DNA from: an uncultured Chloroflexia bacterium
GTDB lineage: Bacteria > Chloroflexota > Limnocylindria > QHBO01
Length of the DNA stretch: 64,000 nt
Direction: 5' to 3'
NCBI GenBank assembly: GCA_963822845.1
Contig: CAWGIY010000004.1
Coordinates: forward strand, 218,850-282,849
The translations under genes were made by a program, and so were the position numbers. The stretch's first letter is position 1; each line of letters begins with the position of its first letter. The notes under the pieces were generated by a model that worked only from the letters and a program-made list of their open reading frames with translations, ran no database searches and was not told where the DNA came from. Positions 48,462 to 57,538 of the stretch are shown here, one piece after another.

Positions 48462-49325
48462 ATGACCCTGCCTACCGACCTGCACATGAGAGAAGCGGCC
48501 ATCAGCGACATGCCCGCCATCGCCGCGATGCGCGCGGCGACCGGTTGGGCGGTGCACGAGTGGGCGCTGCGCGCCGTGATCGCTCAGCCCCATGCCCGCT
48601 GTGTCGTCGTGACCGATCCCGAAGGACGGCTCGCCGGGGTCGGCTCCGGCATCGCGTACGCGCCGCTCGGGTTCGTCGGCAACATGATCGTCGCCGACCA
48701 GCACCGGCGCCGAGGAGTCGGCACTGCCATCCTCGACGACGTCGCCGGCTGGCTGGCGCAGGCTGGCTGCAGCCGCCTCGAGCTCAACGCGACCGATGAA
48801 GGGGAGCACCTGTACGCCACCCGTGGGTTCGCCAGTCGCGGCCGCAGCGCGGTCGCCCGGGTGCCACGCTCGACACCGCTCGGAGGCGACCCGGCCGTGC
48901 GGACTCGTCCCGCAACGCCCGCCGATCTCGATCGCCTCGCCGAATACGACCGCCCGCGCTTCGGTGGCGACCGGCGGCCGGTCCTCGCATTGCTCCTCGA
49001 CGACCCGTCGTGTCGGACCGCGGTCGCGGAGCGCGAGCTCGTGCTGGTCGGGTTCGCGGTCGCCCGTCTCGACGAACCCCGGCTAGGACCGATGGTCGCC
49101 GACACGCCGGGGGTCGCGGCCTCAATGCTGCGCTGGGCCTTCGCCGCCTCCCCCGCCACCGACGAGATGCGGCTCAACCTGCCGCCGGACAACGACGTCG
49201 GTGCCGCGTGGCTGCGCGAGCTGGGCGTGCCCGCCGAACCGTGGGAGGGCCGCATGGCGCGCGGACCGGACGTTCCGCGCCGCGATGACACGATCTACCA
49301 GATGACGGTGGGCCCCCTGGGTTGA
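48462..49325 (+). CDS. two-domain GNAT-family acetyltransferase
   Basis: 287 aa. The N-terminal half carries an acetyl-CoA motif (QHRRRGVGTAILD). Confidence 0.65.
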   Translation: MTLPTDLHMREAAISDMPAIAAMRAATGWAVHEWALRAVIAQPHARCVVVTDPEGRLAGVGSGIAYAPLGFVGNMIVADQHRRRGVGTAILDDVAGWLAQAGCSRLELNATDEGEHLYATRGFASRGRSAVARVPRSTPLGGDPAVRTRPATPADLDRLAEYDRPRFGGDRRPVLALLLDDPSCRTAVAERELVLVGFAVARLDEPRLGPMVADTPGVAASMLRWAFAASPATDEMRLNLPPDNDVGAAWLRELGVPAEPWEGRMARGPDVPRRDDTIYQMTVGPLG

Positions 49326-50248
49326 CGACGACGCACGGCCTCGTCCTCAGCGCGCGCTCGGGCTTCTACACGATCGCCACCGACGAGGGAGACCTCGTCG
49401 AGTCGCATCTGCGTGGCCGCGTGAAGCGCGAGCGGCAGTCCTCGGACCTCGCCGTCATCGGCGACAGGGTGGAGCTCGAGCGCCTGCCCGACGGGACCGG
49501 CGCGATCGTCGGCGTCGAGCCACGCGGGCGACGCTTCAGCCGCCGGCAGCCCGGCCCGCGCGGCACGTGGCGCGAGGACGTGATGGTCGCCAACCCGGAC
49601 CTCGTGGCGATCGTCTTCGCCTGCGACCGGCCCCCGCCGAATCCCCGGCTGATCGACCGCTTCCTCGTCGTCGCGGAGTACAACGAGGTGCCGCCGGTCC
49701 TCGTCGCCAACAAGGTCGACCTGGTCGGGACCGATGCGGCGAGCGACCGCTTCGGCGGTTACGAGCGCATCGGCTACGACGTGATCTACACCAGCGCCAG
49801 GGGCAAGATCGGCCTCGAGGAGTTCCGCGCACGGCTTGCCGGGCGGCTGTCGATCGTCACGGGCCCCTCAGGCGTCGGCAAGTCGACGCTGCTCAACGCG
49901 CTGCAGCCGGGACTGCGAATCGAGACCGGCGAGGTCAGCGAGATCATGGAAGGGCGCGGGAAGCACACGACCCGCCACGCCGAGCTGCACCCGCTCGACG
50001 GACCCGAGGGTGGCTACGTCGCCGACACGCCCGGGATCAGGGAGCTCGGCCTCTTCCAGATCCCACAGAGCGAGCTCGCATGGTGCTTCCCCGAGTTTCG
50101 CGAGCACCTCGGGCAGTGCGCCTTCAACGACTGCACCCACCTGCACGAGCCGCGCTGCGGCCTCCGGGCGGCCGTCGAGGCCGGCGCTATCTCGGAGGAC
50201 CGATACGACTCGTACCGACGCCTGGCGACCGGTGACCAGCCTTCCTAG
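49322..50248 (+). CDS. rsgA: ribosome small-subunit-dependent GTPase A
   Basis: Circularly permuted GTPase: NKVDL (G4), GPSGVGKSTL (G1). C-terminal zinc site CxHxxEPxC (CAFNDCTHLHEPRC). Confidence 0.9.
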   Translation: MTTTHGLVLSARSGFYTIATDEGDLVESHLRGRVKRERQSSDLAVIGDRVELERLPDGTGAIVGVEPRGRRFSRRQPGPRGTWREDVMVANPDLVAIVFACDRPPPNPRLIDRFLVVAEYNEVPPVLVANKVDLVGTDAASDRFGGYERIGYDVIYTSARGKIGLEEFRARLAGRLSIVTGPSGVGKSTLLNALQPGLRIETGEVSEIMEGRGKHTTRHAELHPLDGPEGGYVADTPGIRELGLFQIPQSELAWCFPEFREHLGQCAFNDCTHLHEPRCGLRAAVEAGAISEDRYDSYRRLATGDQPS

Positions 50249-51618
50249 TCGCTGATCAGGCCGAGCGCCACCGCGAGCGTCGCGTCGGCGAAGAGGGCCG
50301 CGCGCTCGACATCCACGTTGTCGATGTCGTCGCAGGCGAGGTGATAGCACGCGTCGGCCGGCTCGCCGCCCGCGCCGGACGCAGATGGCGCGGCGGCCCC
50401 GCCCGTCTCGGTGGCGCCCGCGAACAGGCCACCGGTCGGAACGCCGGCTTCGTTGAAGGAGCCGTGGTCGCTTCCCCCGCCGAGGTCGGCAGGCTCGACG
50501 TGCAGGCCACGGTCGGTGAACCACTCGACGTACACCTGCGTGATCTCGGCGGATCCCTCGGCCACGGCGATCTCGTCGTAGACGAGGTTCGCGCCGTTCG
50601 GAGAGCCGGTCATGTCGAGGTTGACGTAGGCGACGAGCTCGTCTTCGAGATCCTCGACATACGCGCGCGAGCCGACCAGGCCCAGCTCCTCCCCGCCCCA
50701 CAGGCCGATGCGAACGGCGGTCCCATCCGGCACGCCGGCCTCGGCCACGCCGCGCGCGATCTCGAGCACCGAGGCCACCCCACTGCCGTTGTCGTTGATG
50801 CCTGGACCCTCGAGCACCGAGTCCAGGTGCGCCCCGACCATGACCACGCTCGGGCCGTCGCCGAGCTGGGCAATGACGTTGCGCAGCACAGCGCGCTCGC
50901 GTTCGGTCTCGACGCGCAGCTGCACCGGCTCGTCGCCCGTGCCCTCGAGCGCGCGGATGGCGTCATCGGTGACCGACACGACGGGGATCTCGATGCCGGC
51001 CGGGTCGATGAGCGTCGGGCGGAAGATCTCGCCTGGCCCGCGGCCGGGGTACCCGACGAGCAGGGCCGCGGCGCCGGCCTCGACCGCGTTGATGGCCTGC
51101 TGGCGCCGGAAGCAGCCGCCCTCCACGGTCAGCACGATGCTCCCCGGCTCCACGCCTTCGAAGTCGCCGGCGGCGCAGCCGCTGCCGTCGAGGATCTCGA
51201 CCCGGGCCGTCACCTCGCCGCTGGCCGAGTAGATGAGCGCCCGCAGCTCGTCCGGCCCGGCGAACGTCGAGGAGCCGACCACGAGCTCGGTCCCGGGAAG
51301 CTCGGCGAAGCCGGTGAACTCGACGTCCGGCGTGTCGACGTCGAAGCCGAGCTCGATGAGCTCATCGACCGCCCAGTCGACCGACGCCTCGTAGCCGCTC
51401 GTCCCGGCGAAGCGGTTGCCGCCGTGCTCGTCGGCGATGGCCTGGAGGGCGGCGAGATGGTCGGCGATCCGCTCGCCGTCGGCGGCAAACGCAGGGAGCG
51501 GCGCGTCAGTTGTGCCGGGGGAGGGCGCTGGCGAGGAGGTCGGGATCGGGCCTTCTGCCCCACAGGCGCCAACGAGCGCGACGAGCACGGCGGCCAGGAG
51601 CCAGCGACATCGGTCCAT
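50245..51618 (-). CDS. M28-family peptidase lipoprotein with PA domain
   Basis: Lipobox LVGACGA. Blocks HLDSV, DNGSGVASVLE, GGEELGLVGS, NLDMTGS, CYHLACD. Paralogous to 42982..44598. Confidence 0.85.
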   Translation of the reverse strand: MDRCRWLLAAVLVALVGACGAEGPIPTSSPAPSPGTTDAPLPAFAADGERIADHLAALQAIADEHGGNRFAGTSGYEASVDWAVDELIELGFDVDTPDVEFTGFAELPGTELVVGSSTFAGPDELRALIYSASGEVTARVEILDGSGCAAGDFEGVEPGSIVLTVEGGCFRRQQAINAVEAGAAALLVGYPGRGPGEIFRPTLIDPAGIEIPVVSVTDDAIRALEGTGDEPVQLRVETERERAVLRNVIAQLGDGPSVVMVGAHLDSVLEGPGINDNGSGVASVLEIARGVAEAGVPDGTAVRIGLWGGEELGLVGSRAYVEDLEDELVAYVNLDMTGSPNGANLVYDEIAVAEGSAEITQVYVEWFTDRGLHVEPADLGGGSDHGSFNEAGVPTGGLFAGATETGGAAAPSASGAGGEPADACYHLACDDIDNVDVERAALFADATLAVALGLISD

Positions 51619-51717
51619 CTGCAGACCGATACCCCGCGGAGGTCTCCTCGGTTCAGGCCAGTCGACCGGCGGATGGACCCTGCAGGCGGCCCGGTTGTAT
51701 CATCGCCGTCGCCGCGA

Positions 51718-51793
51718 GCGGGAGTAGCTCAGCTGGCAGAGCACAACCTTCCCAAGGTTGGGGTCGCGGGTTCGATCCCCGTCTCCCGCTCCA
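51718..51793 (+). tRNA. tRNA-Gly (anticodon CCC)
   Basis: Folded by hand. Acceptor GCGGGAG/CTCCCGC, D-arm GCTC…GAGC, anticodon stem CAACC/GGTTG with loop TTCCCAA, T-arm GCGGG-TTCGATC-CCCGT, discriminator T, encoded CCA. Confidence 0.85.
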
Positions 51794-51830
51794 TTTTCTT
51801 GCCCGCGGCGCCGCCCGTATCCTCTCTGGC

Positions 51831-52259
51831 ATGACCGATGGATCACCGCCCGTCGACCCGTGGCGCTACACCGTCCGCGTGCCGGTCCGCCAGTACGAGC
51901 TCGACCAGAACGGCCATGTCAACAACGCGGTCTACCTGAACTGGGCCGAGCAGGTGGCGATCGATCACGTCGAGGCGATGGGCTACGGTCGCGACTGGGC
52001 GCGACAGCATGGCGGCGGCTGGGTCGTCCGAGAGCACCACGTCATCTACCACCGACCGGTGCTGTACGGCGAAGCCGTCCTCGTCACCACCCTGCCGCAG
52101 AAGCTGGCCGGCGTGCGCGGCACGCGTCGCACGGAGATCCATCGCGAATCGGACGGCGTGCTGGTGACCGAGGCGATGACCGAGTGGATCTGGGTCCGCG
52201 CCGACGGCCGGCCGGCGCGCGTGCCGGCCGAGCTGCTCGAGCGCTGGGCGCCCGGCTAG
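51831..52259 (+). CDS. acyl-CoA thioesterase (hotdog fold, 4HBT/YbgC-like)
   Basis: 142 aa in the frame of ORF 51510..52259. YELDQNGHVNNAVYLNW motif. Confidence 0.8.
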   Translation: MTDGSPPVDPWRYTVRVPVRQYELDQNGHVNNAVYLNWAEQVAIDHVEAMGYGRDWARQHGGGWVVREHHVIYHRPVLYGEAVLVTTLPQKLAGVRGTRRTEIHRESDGVLVTEAMTEWIWVRADGRPARVPAELLERWAPG

Positions 52260-52339
52260 GAATCGGTCGAGATCGTCCCGAGCAGCACGATCCACACGAC
52301 GAGCGCCACGATCAGGGAGATGAGCTCGGGGTTCGGCAT
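52256..52339 (-). CDS. putative 27-aa hydrophobic micropeptide (speculative)
   Basis: atg…tag encoding MPNPELISLIVALVVWIVLLGTISTDS. AAGG lies 4 nt upstream. The stop overlaps the thioesterase stop. This is the low-GC end of an otherwise antisense ORF. Confidence 0.2.
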   Translation of the reverse strand: MPNPELISLIVALVVWIVLLGTISTDS

Positions 52340-52438
52340 GCCGCCTTGACGCCGCGGGACGCGGATCGGATCCGTGTCGAAGACGCGAGCCTTCGATCGT
52401 CGTACTCTCGTAGACCCCCATCCGTGAGGAGATTTCTC

Positions 52439-52813
52439 ATGAAGCAAGGCGACCTCACCCACTTCGAGATTCCCGCTGACGACCCCGATCGCGCCAAGTC
52501 CTTCTACTCCGGCCTCTTCGGCTGGAGCTTCGGCGATCCGATCCCCGGCTTCGAGGGCTATCACCTGTTCACGACGCCGGTCGGGCAGGAGGGCATGGGC
52601 GGCGCCATCGGCAAGCGCGGCGTGAGCGCACCGGAGAAGCTGCGCAACTACGTCCAGGTCGACTCGGTCGACGCCGCGCTTCAGAAGGTGACGGAGCTCG
52701 GCGGGTCGGTGGTCGAGCCGAAGGCCGAGGTTCCCGGCCAGGGCTGGTTCGGCGTCTTCCGCGACCCCGAGGGCAACGAGCTGGCGGTCTGGGAGTCCCT
52801 GCCGAGCAGCTGA
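52439..52813 (+). CDS. VOC-family (glyoxalase/bleomycin-resistance fold) protein
   Basis: 124 aa. RBS gtgaggag upstream. HFEIP…GWFGVFRDPEGNELAVWE. Confidence 0.8.
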   Translation: MKQGDLTHFEIPADDPDRAKSFYSGLFGWSFGDPIPGFEGYHLFTTPVGQEGMGGAIGKRGVSAPEKLRNYVQVDSVDAALQKVTELGGSVVEPKAEVPGQGWFGVFRDPEGNELAVWESLPSS

Positions 52814-52904
52814 CCCTGGGCGGTCGCGGCAACGTCGCCCGCACCCGCGCATGCGCCTCAGCGCACAACGTGGCCCAAGCCAGATGCGCGTATCCTTCGC
52901 ACCG

Positions 52905-54002
52905 ATGACGGCTCGGGCCGCGTTCGCGCTGGCGCTCGTGCTCGCCGGCTGCAGCGCGACGCCCTCCACCTCCGGTTCGCCGGGGACGAGCACGTCCGTG
53001 GCTGCCACGGATCCCGCGTCCCCGTCGGCGGCGCCATCGAGCGCTGCCACGTCGCCGTCGGCGACTCCGGAGCCGGAGCCGCTGGCATGGGCGCGCCTCG
53101 ACGCGTCGGGACCGCCGGCGCGCGAGGATCACACCTGGACCGTGGCCGGCGAGGGCCGAACCGCGCTCCTCTTCGGCGGCCGCGACGGGCCAACCGTCTT
53201 CGGTGACCTGTGGGCGTACGACCTCGATGCCGACGCGTGGACGGAGCTCTCACCCGGTCCGGGGCCCGTCCCCCGCTTCGGCCACGAGGCGGCGTGGGTC
53301 GATGGCGTCGGCCTCGTCGTCTTCGCCGGCCAGGCCGGACCCAACTTCTTCAACGACCTGTGGGCCTACGACCCCGCCGCGAACGCCTGGACCGAGCTCC
53401 CCGGCAGCGGCGACGTGCCGGTCTCGCGCTACGGTTCCTGTGCCGCGGTCGGCCCCGATGGGCGGCTCTGGATCAGCCACGGCTTCACCTCCGACGGAGC
53501 ACGCTTCTCCGACACGCGCGCCTACGACTTCGACGCGGGCACCTGGTCTGACGAGACGCCCGACGGCACTCGCCCGGTCGAACGCTGCCTCCACGGCTGC
53601 TGGTGGACCGATGACGGCGCCCTGGCGCTGTACGGCGGGCAGACGACCGGCACCCTGGCCCTCGGCGACCGCTGGGCCCTCGCCGATGGCGCGTGGTCGG
53701 AGATCGGTGGGACCGCACCGCCCGAGCGAAACCTCTACGCCCGGGCCCGCCTCGACGGCGCGACGCTCGTGTTCGGCGGACAGGCGCTGGATGGGTCGTA
53801 CCGAGCTGACCTGTGGATGCTCCCTGATGCTGGCGACGACGCCGTCGAGCTGGAGCCGGCCGGCGAGAGTCCACCGGGACGCGCGGGGGCCGAGATGGTG
53901 ACCGATACCGATGCGGGTCGGGTGCTGCTGTTCGGCGGACGCGACGCGAACGGCGGCCTGGCCGACCTCTGGGCCCTGACAGGGGCAGGTGGGGGAGGAT
54001 GA
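52905..54002 (+). CDS. Kelch-repeat lipoprotein (paralog of 5169..6179)
   Basis: Start MTARAAFALALVLAGCSA (lipobox), then a Ser/Pro/Thr linker and repeated LWAYD / LFGG / VFAG Kelch blades. Confidence 0.75.
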   Translation: MTARAAFALALVLAGCSATPSTSGSPGTSTSVAATDPASPSAAPSSAATSPSATPEPEPLAWARLDASGPPAREDHTWTVAGEGRTALLFGGRDGPTVFGDLWAYDLDADAWTELSPGPGPVPRFGHEAAWVDGVGLVVFAGQAGPNFFNDLWAYDPAANAWTELPGSGDVPVSRYGSCAAVGPDGRLWISHGFTSDGARFSDTRAYDFDAGTWSDETPDGTRPVERCLHGCWWTDDGALALYGGQTTGTLALGDRWALADGAWSEIGGTAPPERNLYARARLDGATLVFGGQALDGSYRADLWMLPDAGDDAVELEPAGESPPGRAGAEMVTDTDAGRVLLFGGRDANGGLADLWALTGAGGGG

Positions 54003-54613
54003 GCAGCGAGGGACCGATGGCGCGCAACGTGCTGGGAGCCCGTGGGATGACGACATCCACGTTCGAAGAGGTCGCGGCGCCCGCCTGGACGATCAGGCCG
54101 GAGCAGCCGCTGGACCTCGACCAGATCCACGACCTCCATCGCGAAGCCTTCGGCCGGCGCGACGAGGCCGAGCTCGTCGACGCCATCCGCAGCGGACCCG
54201 ACTTCATCCCTGAGCTGTCGCTCGTGGCCGCTGCGGCGGATGGAAGCGTGCTCGGACACGTCCTCATGAGCCGCATCGGCTTCGAAGAGGAGGCGTACGC
54301 GATCCGTGGCGACGTCCTCTCGCTGGCGCCGCTCGCAGTCCTGCCGCCGTACACCGGACGCGGGATCGCGTCGGCGCTCACCGCCCAGGCGCTCGCCGAG
54401 GCCGACAGGCGCGACGAGCCGTTCGTCTTCGTGCTCGGCTCGCCGGCGTTCTACGCGCGCTTCGGCTTCGTGGCGGCAGTCGACTACGACATCGAGAGCC
54501 CGTACGGCGGAGCGGGTCGTGCCTTTCAGGTCCGGTCGAGGCGCAATGGCCCGTCACCGGTGGCCGGGACGGTGTTCTACCCGCGCATGTTCGAGCAGCT
54601 CGGGGCCGGCTGA
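53999..54613 (+). CDS. GNAT-family N-acetyltransferase
   Basis: 204 aa. LPPYTGRGIASAL acetyl-CoA site. Confidence 0.7.
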   Translation: MSSEGPMARNVLGARGMTTSTFEEVAAPAWTIRPEQPLDLDQIHDLHREAFGRRDEAELVDAIRSGPDFIPELSLVAAAADGSVLGHVLMSRIGFEEEAYAIRGDVLSLAPLAVLPPYTGRGIASALTAQALAEADRRDEPFVFVLGSPAFYARFGFVAAVDYDIESPYGGAGRAFQVRSRRNGPSPVAGTVFYPRMFEQLGAG

Positions 54614-54616
54614 CCG

Positions 54617-55228
54617 CTAGCCGCCGCCACCCGGGCCGCTGTTGTCACCGCCGTCGCCCCCACCTCCGCCGGGGCCGCTGTTGTCGCCGCCGCCGCCGCC
54701 AGGGCCGCTGTTGTCCGACTCCGAGGGCTCCGGCGTCTCGAACTCGTCATCGTCGTCGGTGGCGGACGGCGCCGGGGTCGCCGGGCGAGGGCTGTCGCTT
54801 GGCGAGACGGATGGCGACGGGCTCGGTGAGGGTGACGGCCTCGGAGACAGGGTCGGTGTCGGGCTCGGGGTCGGGCTCGGGCTGACGATGACCGACGGAC
54901 TCGGCGTCGTGCCCGGCGAGATGGGTCCGCGGATGAGATCGGCAATATCGCCCACGACCAGCGCCGCGACCACGGCCGCCGCCACCACGGCCGCCGCCGC
55001 GAACCCGCGAGCCGGGGTGGCCCATGGCGCCATCGAGCCGGTGAAGCGGGCCCACCATCCGATGGCCGGGTCTGGCGCGGCATCGACCGCCGCATGGATG
55101 CGTGCCGCGAGGTCGACCGGCGGGCCGGAGCGCTGGCCGGAGGCGAATGCCTGGAGCTGCTCGGCGATGCCGTCCAGCACCGCGTCCCGGCGGTCGAGCT
55201 CGTCCGGCCCGTACGGGTGGCGGATCAT
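54617..55228 (-). CDS. membrane anti-sigma factor with Pro/Ser linker and C-terminal (D)NSGPGGGG repeats
   Basis: ATGA-coupled to the sigma gene at 55225. One TM helix (AAAVVAAAVVAALVV). Extracytoplasmic SPSPTPSPTP linker, ending DNSGPGGGGGDNSGPGGGGGDGGDNSGPGGGG*. Confidence 0.6.
   Translation of the reverse strand: MIRHPYGPDELDRRDAVLDGIAEQLQAFASGQRSGPPVDLAARIHAAVDAAPDPAIGWWARFTGSMAPWATPARGFAAAAVVAAAVVAALVVGDIADLIRGPISPGTTPSPSVIVSPSPTPSPTPTLSPRPSPSPSPSPSVSPSDSPRPATPAPSATDDDDEFETPEPSESDNSGPGGGGGDNSGPGGGGGDGGDNSGPGGGG
54630..54715 (-). repeat. about 2.5 copies of a 33-39-nt tandem repeat encoding NSGPGGG units
   Basis: gggccgctgttgtc(a/g)ccgcc… units are visible in the sequence. Confidence 0.6.
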
Positions 55229-55809
55229 CGCTCGATCTCCGGTGCGAGCGCCGGCCGCAGGCGATCGAGACCGCGACGCAGGTGGGTCTTCACGGTGTTG
55301 ATCGGACGGCCGGTCGTCTCGGCGATCTCGGCGAGCGACAGCTCCCCGAAGAAGCGCAACGCGACCGTCTCGCGGTAGGGATCGGGCAGCGCCGCCACCG
55401 CGTCACGGATCTCGCCTCGATGCTCGGCGGTCACGACGACCCGGGTCGGGTCGGCGCTCGTGTCGGCCAGCATCGGCTCTCCGACCGCATCAAGATCGGT
55501 CGTCGGACGACGCTGAGCGAGCCGCCGGAAGGCCTGGCGGGTCGCGATCCGCATCAGCCAGCCACGGACCGATCCCTCGCCACGGAACCCGCCAATCGAG
55601 CGGAAGGCCGCCAGGAACGCCTCCTGTGCGACGTCCTCCGCGTCATGCGGCCGGCCGAGAATGCGGAGGCACGCGCGATAGATCATCGGGGTCTCCTGGT
55701 CGACCAGCACACCGAAGGCATGCCGGTCGCCCGCCCGCAGGGCAGCGACGAGGGCGTGGTCATCCACGCCCCCATCCTGCCACGCGGCGCTCGCCATCCC
55801 CTCGGGCAA
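55225..55809 (-). CDS. ECF-family RNA polymerase sigma factor
   Basis: Region 2 (DAEDVAQEAFLAAFRSIGGF). Region 4 HTH (LSLAEIAETTGRPINTVKTHLRRG). Confidence 0.85.
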   Translation of the reverse strand: MPEGMASAAWQDGGVDDHALVAALRAGDRHAFGVLVDQETPMIYRACLRILGRPHDAEDVAQEAFLAAFRSIGGFRGEGSVRGWLMRIATRQAFRRLAQRRPTTDLDAVGEPMLADTSADPTRVVVTAEHRGEIRDAVAALPDPYRETVALRFFGELSLAEIAETTGRPINTVKTHLRRGLDRLRPALAPEIER

Positions 55810-55817
55810 CGCGGGCC

Positions 55818-56369
55818 TCAGTGACCGCCGCCCGGCCCGGAGTTGTCGTCGTCATCGCCGTCACCGTTGCCGGGGCCGGAGTTGTCGTCGTCATCGCCGT
55901 CACCGTTGCCGGGGCCGGAGTTGTCGTCGTCATCGTCACCGTTGCCCGGTCCGGAGTTGTCGTCGTCCCCGTCACCGTTGCCGGGACCCGAATTGCTGTT
56001 GTCCTCGTCGTCGTCCGTCGGGCTCGGCTCGGCGGTCGCGCTGGCGCTGGCGCTCGGCGCGGCGGTCGCGCTGGTGCTGGCGTTCGGCTCGGCGGTCGCG
56101 CTGGTGCTCGGCTCTGCGCTCGCGCTGGCGCTCGACTCGGCGCTCGCAGCCGCCTCGGGGCTCGCCGACGGCGACGGCTCGGCGGAGGTGCTCGGCTCCG
56201 GTGTCAAGGTGGCCGACAGCACACTGCCGCCGGGAGTCGCCTCAGGCGACACAGATGCGCTGGCCGTGCCATCGGCGACGCCTCCGTTGGCGAGAACGAC
56301 GCCGGCCATGATCAGCAGCCCGCCCACGGCCAGGGCGGCGCCGCGAAATGAAGTCCTGTAGTTCACCAT
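55818..56369 (-). CDS. secreted low-complexity protein ending in five DNSGPGNG-Asp-rich repeats
   Basis: Signal peptide MVNYRTSFRGAALAVGGLLIMAGVVLA. An Ala/Ser/Glu/Pro-rich middle region. The C-terminus is DDDEDNSNSGPGNGDGDDDNSGPGNGDDDDDNSGPGNG…NSGPGGGH*. Confidence 0.55.
   Translation of the reverse strand: MVNYRTSFRGAALAVGGLLIMAGVVLANGGVADGTASASVSPEATPGGSVLSATLTPEPSTSAEPSPSASPEAAASAESSASASAEPSTSATAEPNASTSATAAPSASASATAEPSPTDDDEDNSNSGPGNGDGDDDNSGPGNGDDDDDNSGPGNGDGDDDDNSGPGNGDGDDDDNSGPGGGH
55837..55990 (-). repeat. four copies of a 36-39-nt tandem repeat (ccggagttgtcgtcgtcatcgccgtcaccgttgccgggg)
   Basis: Direct tandem copies are visible at 55837, 55876, 55915 and 55951. Confidence 0.7.
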
Positions 56370-56469
56370 GATCGGCTCCTGATCGGTCTGGGTTGGTCAA
56401 TGCGCGCGTTCGGTGCGCATACCCACATCGAGCCGATCGAGGGCCGAGAAGTTTCAACCCCGAGGGAAG

Positions 56470-56922
56470 CTAGGCGTGCTCCTCCTCGAGGGTCGCGCTG
56501 ACGGCCATCTCCACGTTGCCGGCCAGCGCGCGCGAGATCGGGCAGTTGTCCTTGGTCTGCTCGGCGATGGCGTCGAAGTCGGCCGAGCTGATGCCGGGCA
56601 CGGTGCCGACGACGTCGAGCTCGGAGCGCGTGACCGTCCAGGCCTCGCCGACCTTGTCGAATGTCACCGTCGCCGAGACGTGGACGTGATCCGGCGGTGT
56701 CCCGGCACGCCCGAGGGCGCCGGAGAGGGCCATCGCGAAGCACGATGCGTGCGCGGCGGCAAGCAGCTCCTCCGGCGAGGTGCGGCCCTCGGGTGCCTCG
56801 GTGCGCGAGGCCCATGAGACGGGCAGATCGGCGAACGTCCCGCTCGAGCCCGCGGTGACCGTGCCGTCACCCTCGGCGAGCGTGCCGCTCCAGGTGAGGG
56901 TGGCCGTTCTGGTGGCAGCCAT
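56470..56922 (-). CDS. OsmC/Ohr-family peroxiredoxin
   Basis: Start MAATRTATLTW (RBS ggagatacgcc) inside ORF 56470..57153. OsmC-fold core with the two conserved Cys (HASCFA…DNCPIS). Confidence 0.8.
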   Translation of the reverse strand: MAATRTATLTWSGTLAEGDGTVTAGSSGTFADLPVSWASRTEAPEGRTSPEELLAAAHASCFAMALSGALGRAGTPPDHVHVSATVTFDKVGEAWTVTRSELDVVGTVPGISSADFDAIAEQTKDNCPISRALAGNVEMAVSATLEEEHA

Positions 56923-56953
56923 CGGCGTATCTCCTTCACGTAGACTCGGGCCA

Positions 56954-57538
56954 ATGGGCAGCGTACCGGAACGCAGGCCGATCATCCGCGGCGAGCTCGT
57001 GTACCTGCGGGCCCCCGAGCGGAGCGACATCGGTGACTTCGTCCGCTGGTTCAACGATGCGGACGTGGTCCACAACCTGACGATGTACGCGCCGATGAGC
57101 GCGGCGGCCGAGACCGTCTGGTTCGATCGGATGCTCGAACGCCAGGGCACCACGGACTATCACTTCGTCATCTGCCTCCTCGCCGACGACCGGGCCATCG
57201 GGACCGCCGGCCTGCACGGCGTCGACCAGGTCAACGGCAGCGCCGAGTTCGGGATCGCCATCGGCGAGACATCCGAATGGGACAAGGGCTACGGGACCGA
57301 TGCGCTGCGCGCCATCTGCGACTTCGGCTTCGGATCGCTCCGCCTGGAGCGCATCGGTCTGCTGGTCTACGAGGGCAATCCCAGGGGCCGGCGTGCCTAC
57401 GAGAAGGCTGGTTTCACGATGGAGGGGACGTTGCGGCGCGCCCACTATGCTCACGGCCGCCTCGAGGACGCCCACGTCATGAGCCTGCTGCGCGACGAGT
57501 GGCAGGCGCTCCCCCCACGCGGTCCGGAGCTCGGCTGA
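56954..57538 (+). CDS. GNAT acetyltransferase, RimJ/RimL-like
   Basis: Start MGSVPERRPIIRGELVYLRAPE inside ORF 56780..57538, only 31 nt from the divergent OsmC start. IGLLVYEGNPRGRRAYEKAGF. Confidence 0.8.
   Translation: MGSVPERRPIIRGELVYLRAPERSDIGDFVRWFNDADVVHNLTMYAPMSAAAETVWFDRMLERQGTTDYHFVICLLADDRAIGTAGLHGVDQVNGSAEFGIAIGETSEWDKGYGTDALRAICDFGFGSLRLERIGLLVYEGNPRGRRAYEKAGFTMEGTLRRAHYAHGRLEDAHVMSLLRDEWQALPPRGPELG

Noticed and set aside
51718-52440. tRNA-Gly as an integration site for a mobile element
   Set aside because: No integrase, no direct repeat of the tRNA 3' end downstream, and the flanking genes (thioesterase, VOC) are ordinary. The slight GC dip at 52260-52440 is just intergenic sequence.
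54617-56369. Gly/Pro/Asp-rich repeat tails as collagen-like or PE/PPE-type proteins
   Set aside because: The repeat unit is NSGPG(G/N)G(D)n, not G-X-Y triplets and not PE/PPE N-domains. They are treated as novel low-complexity repeats.
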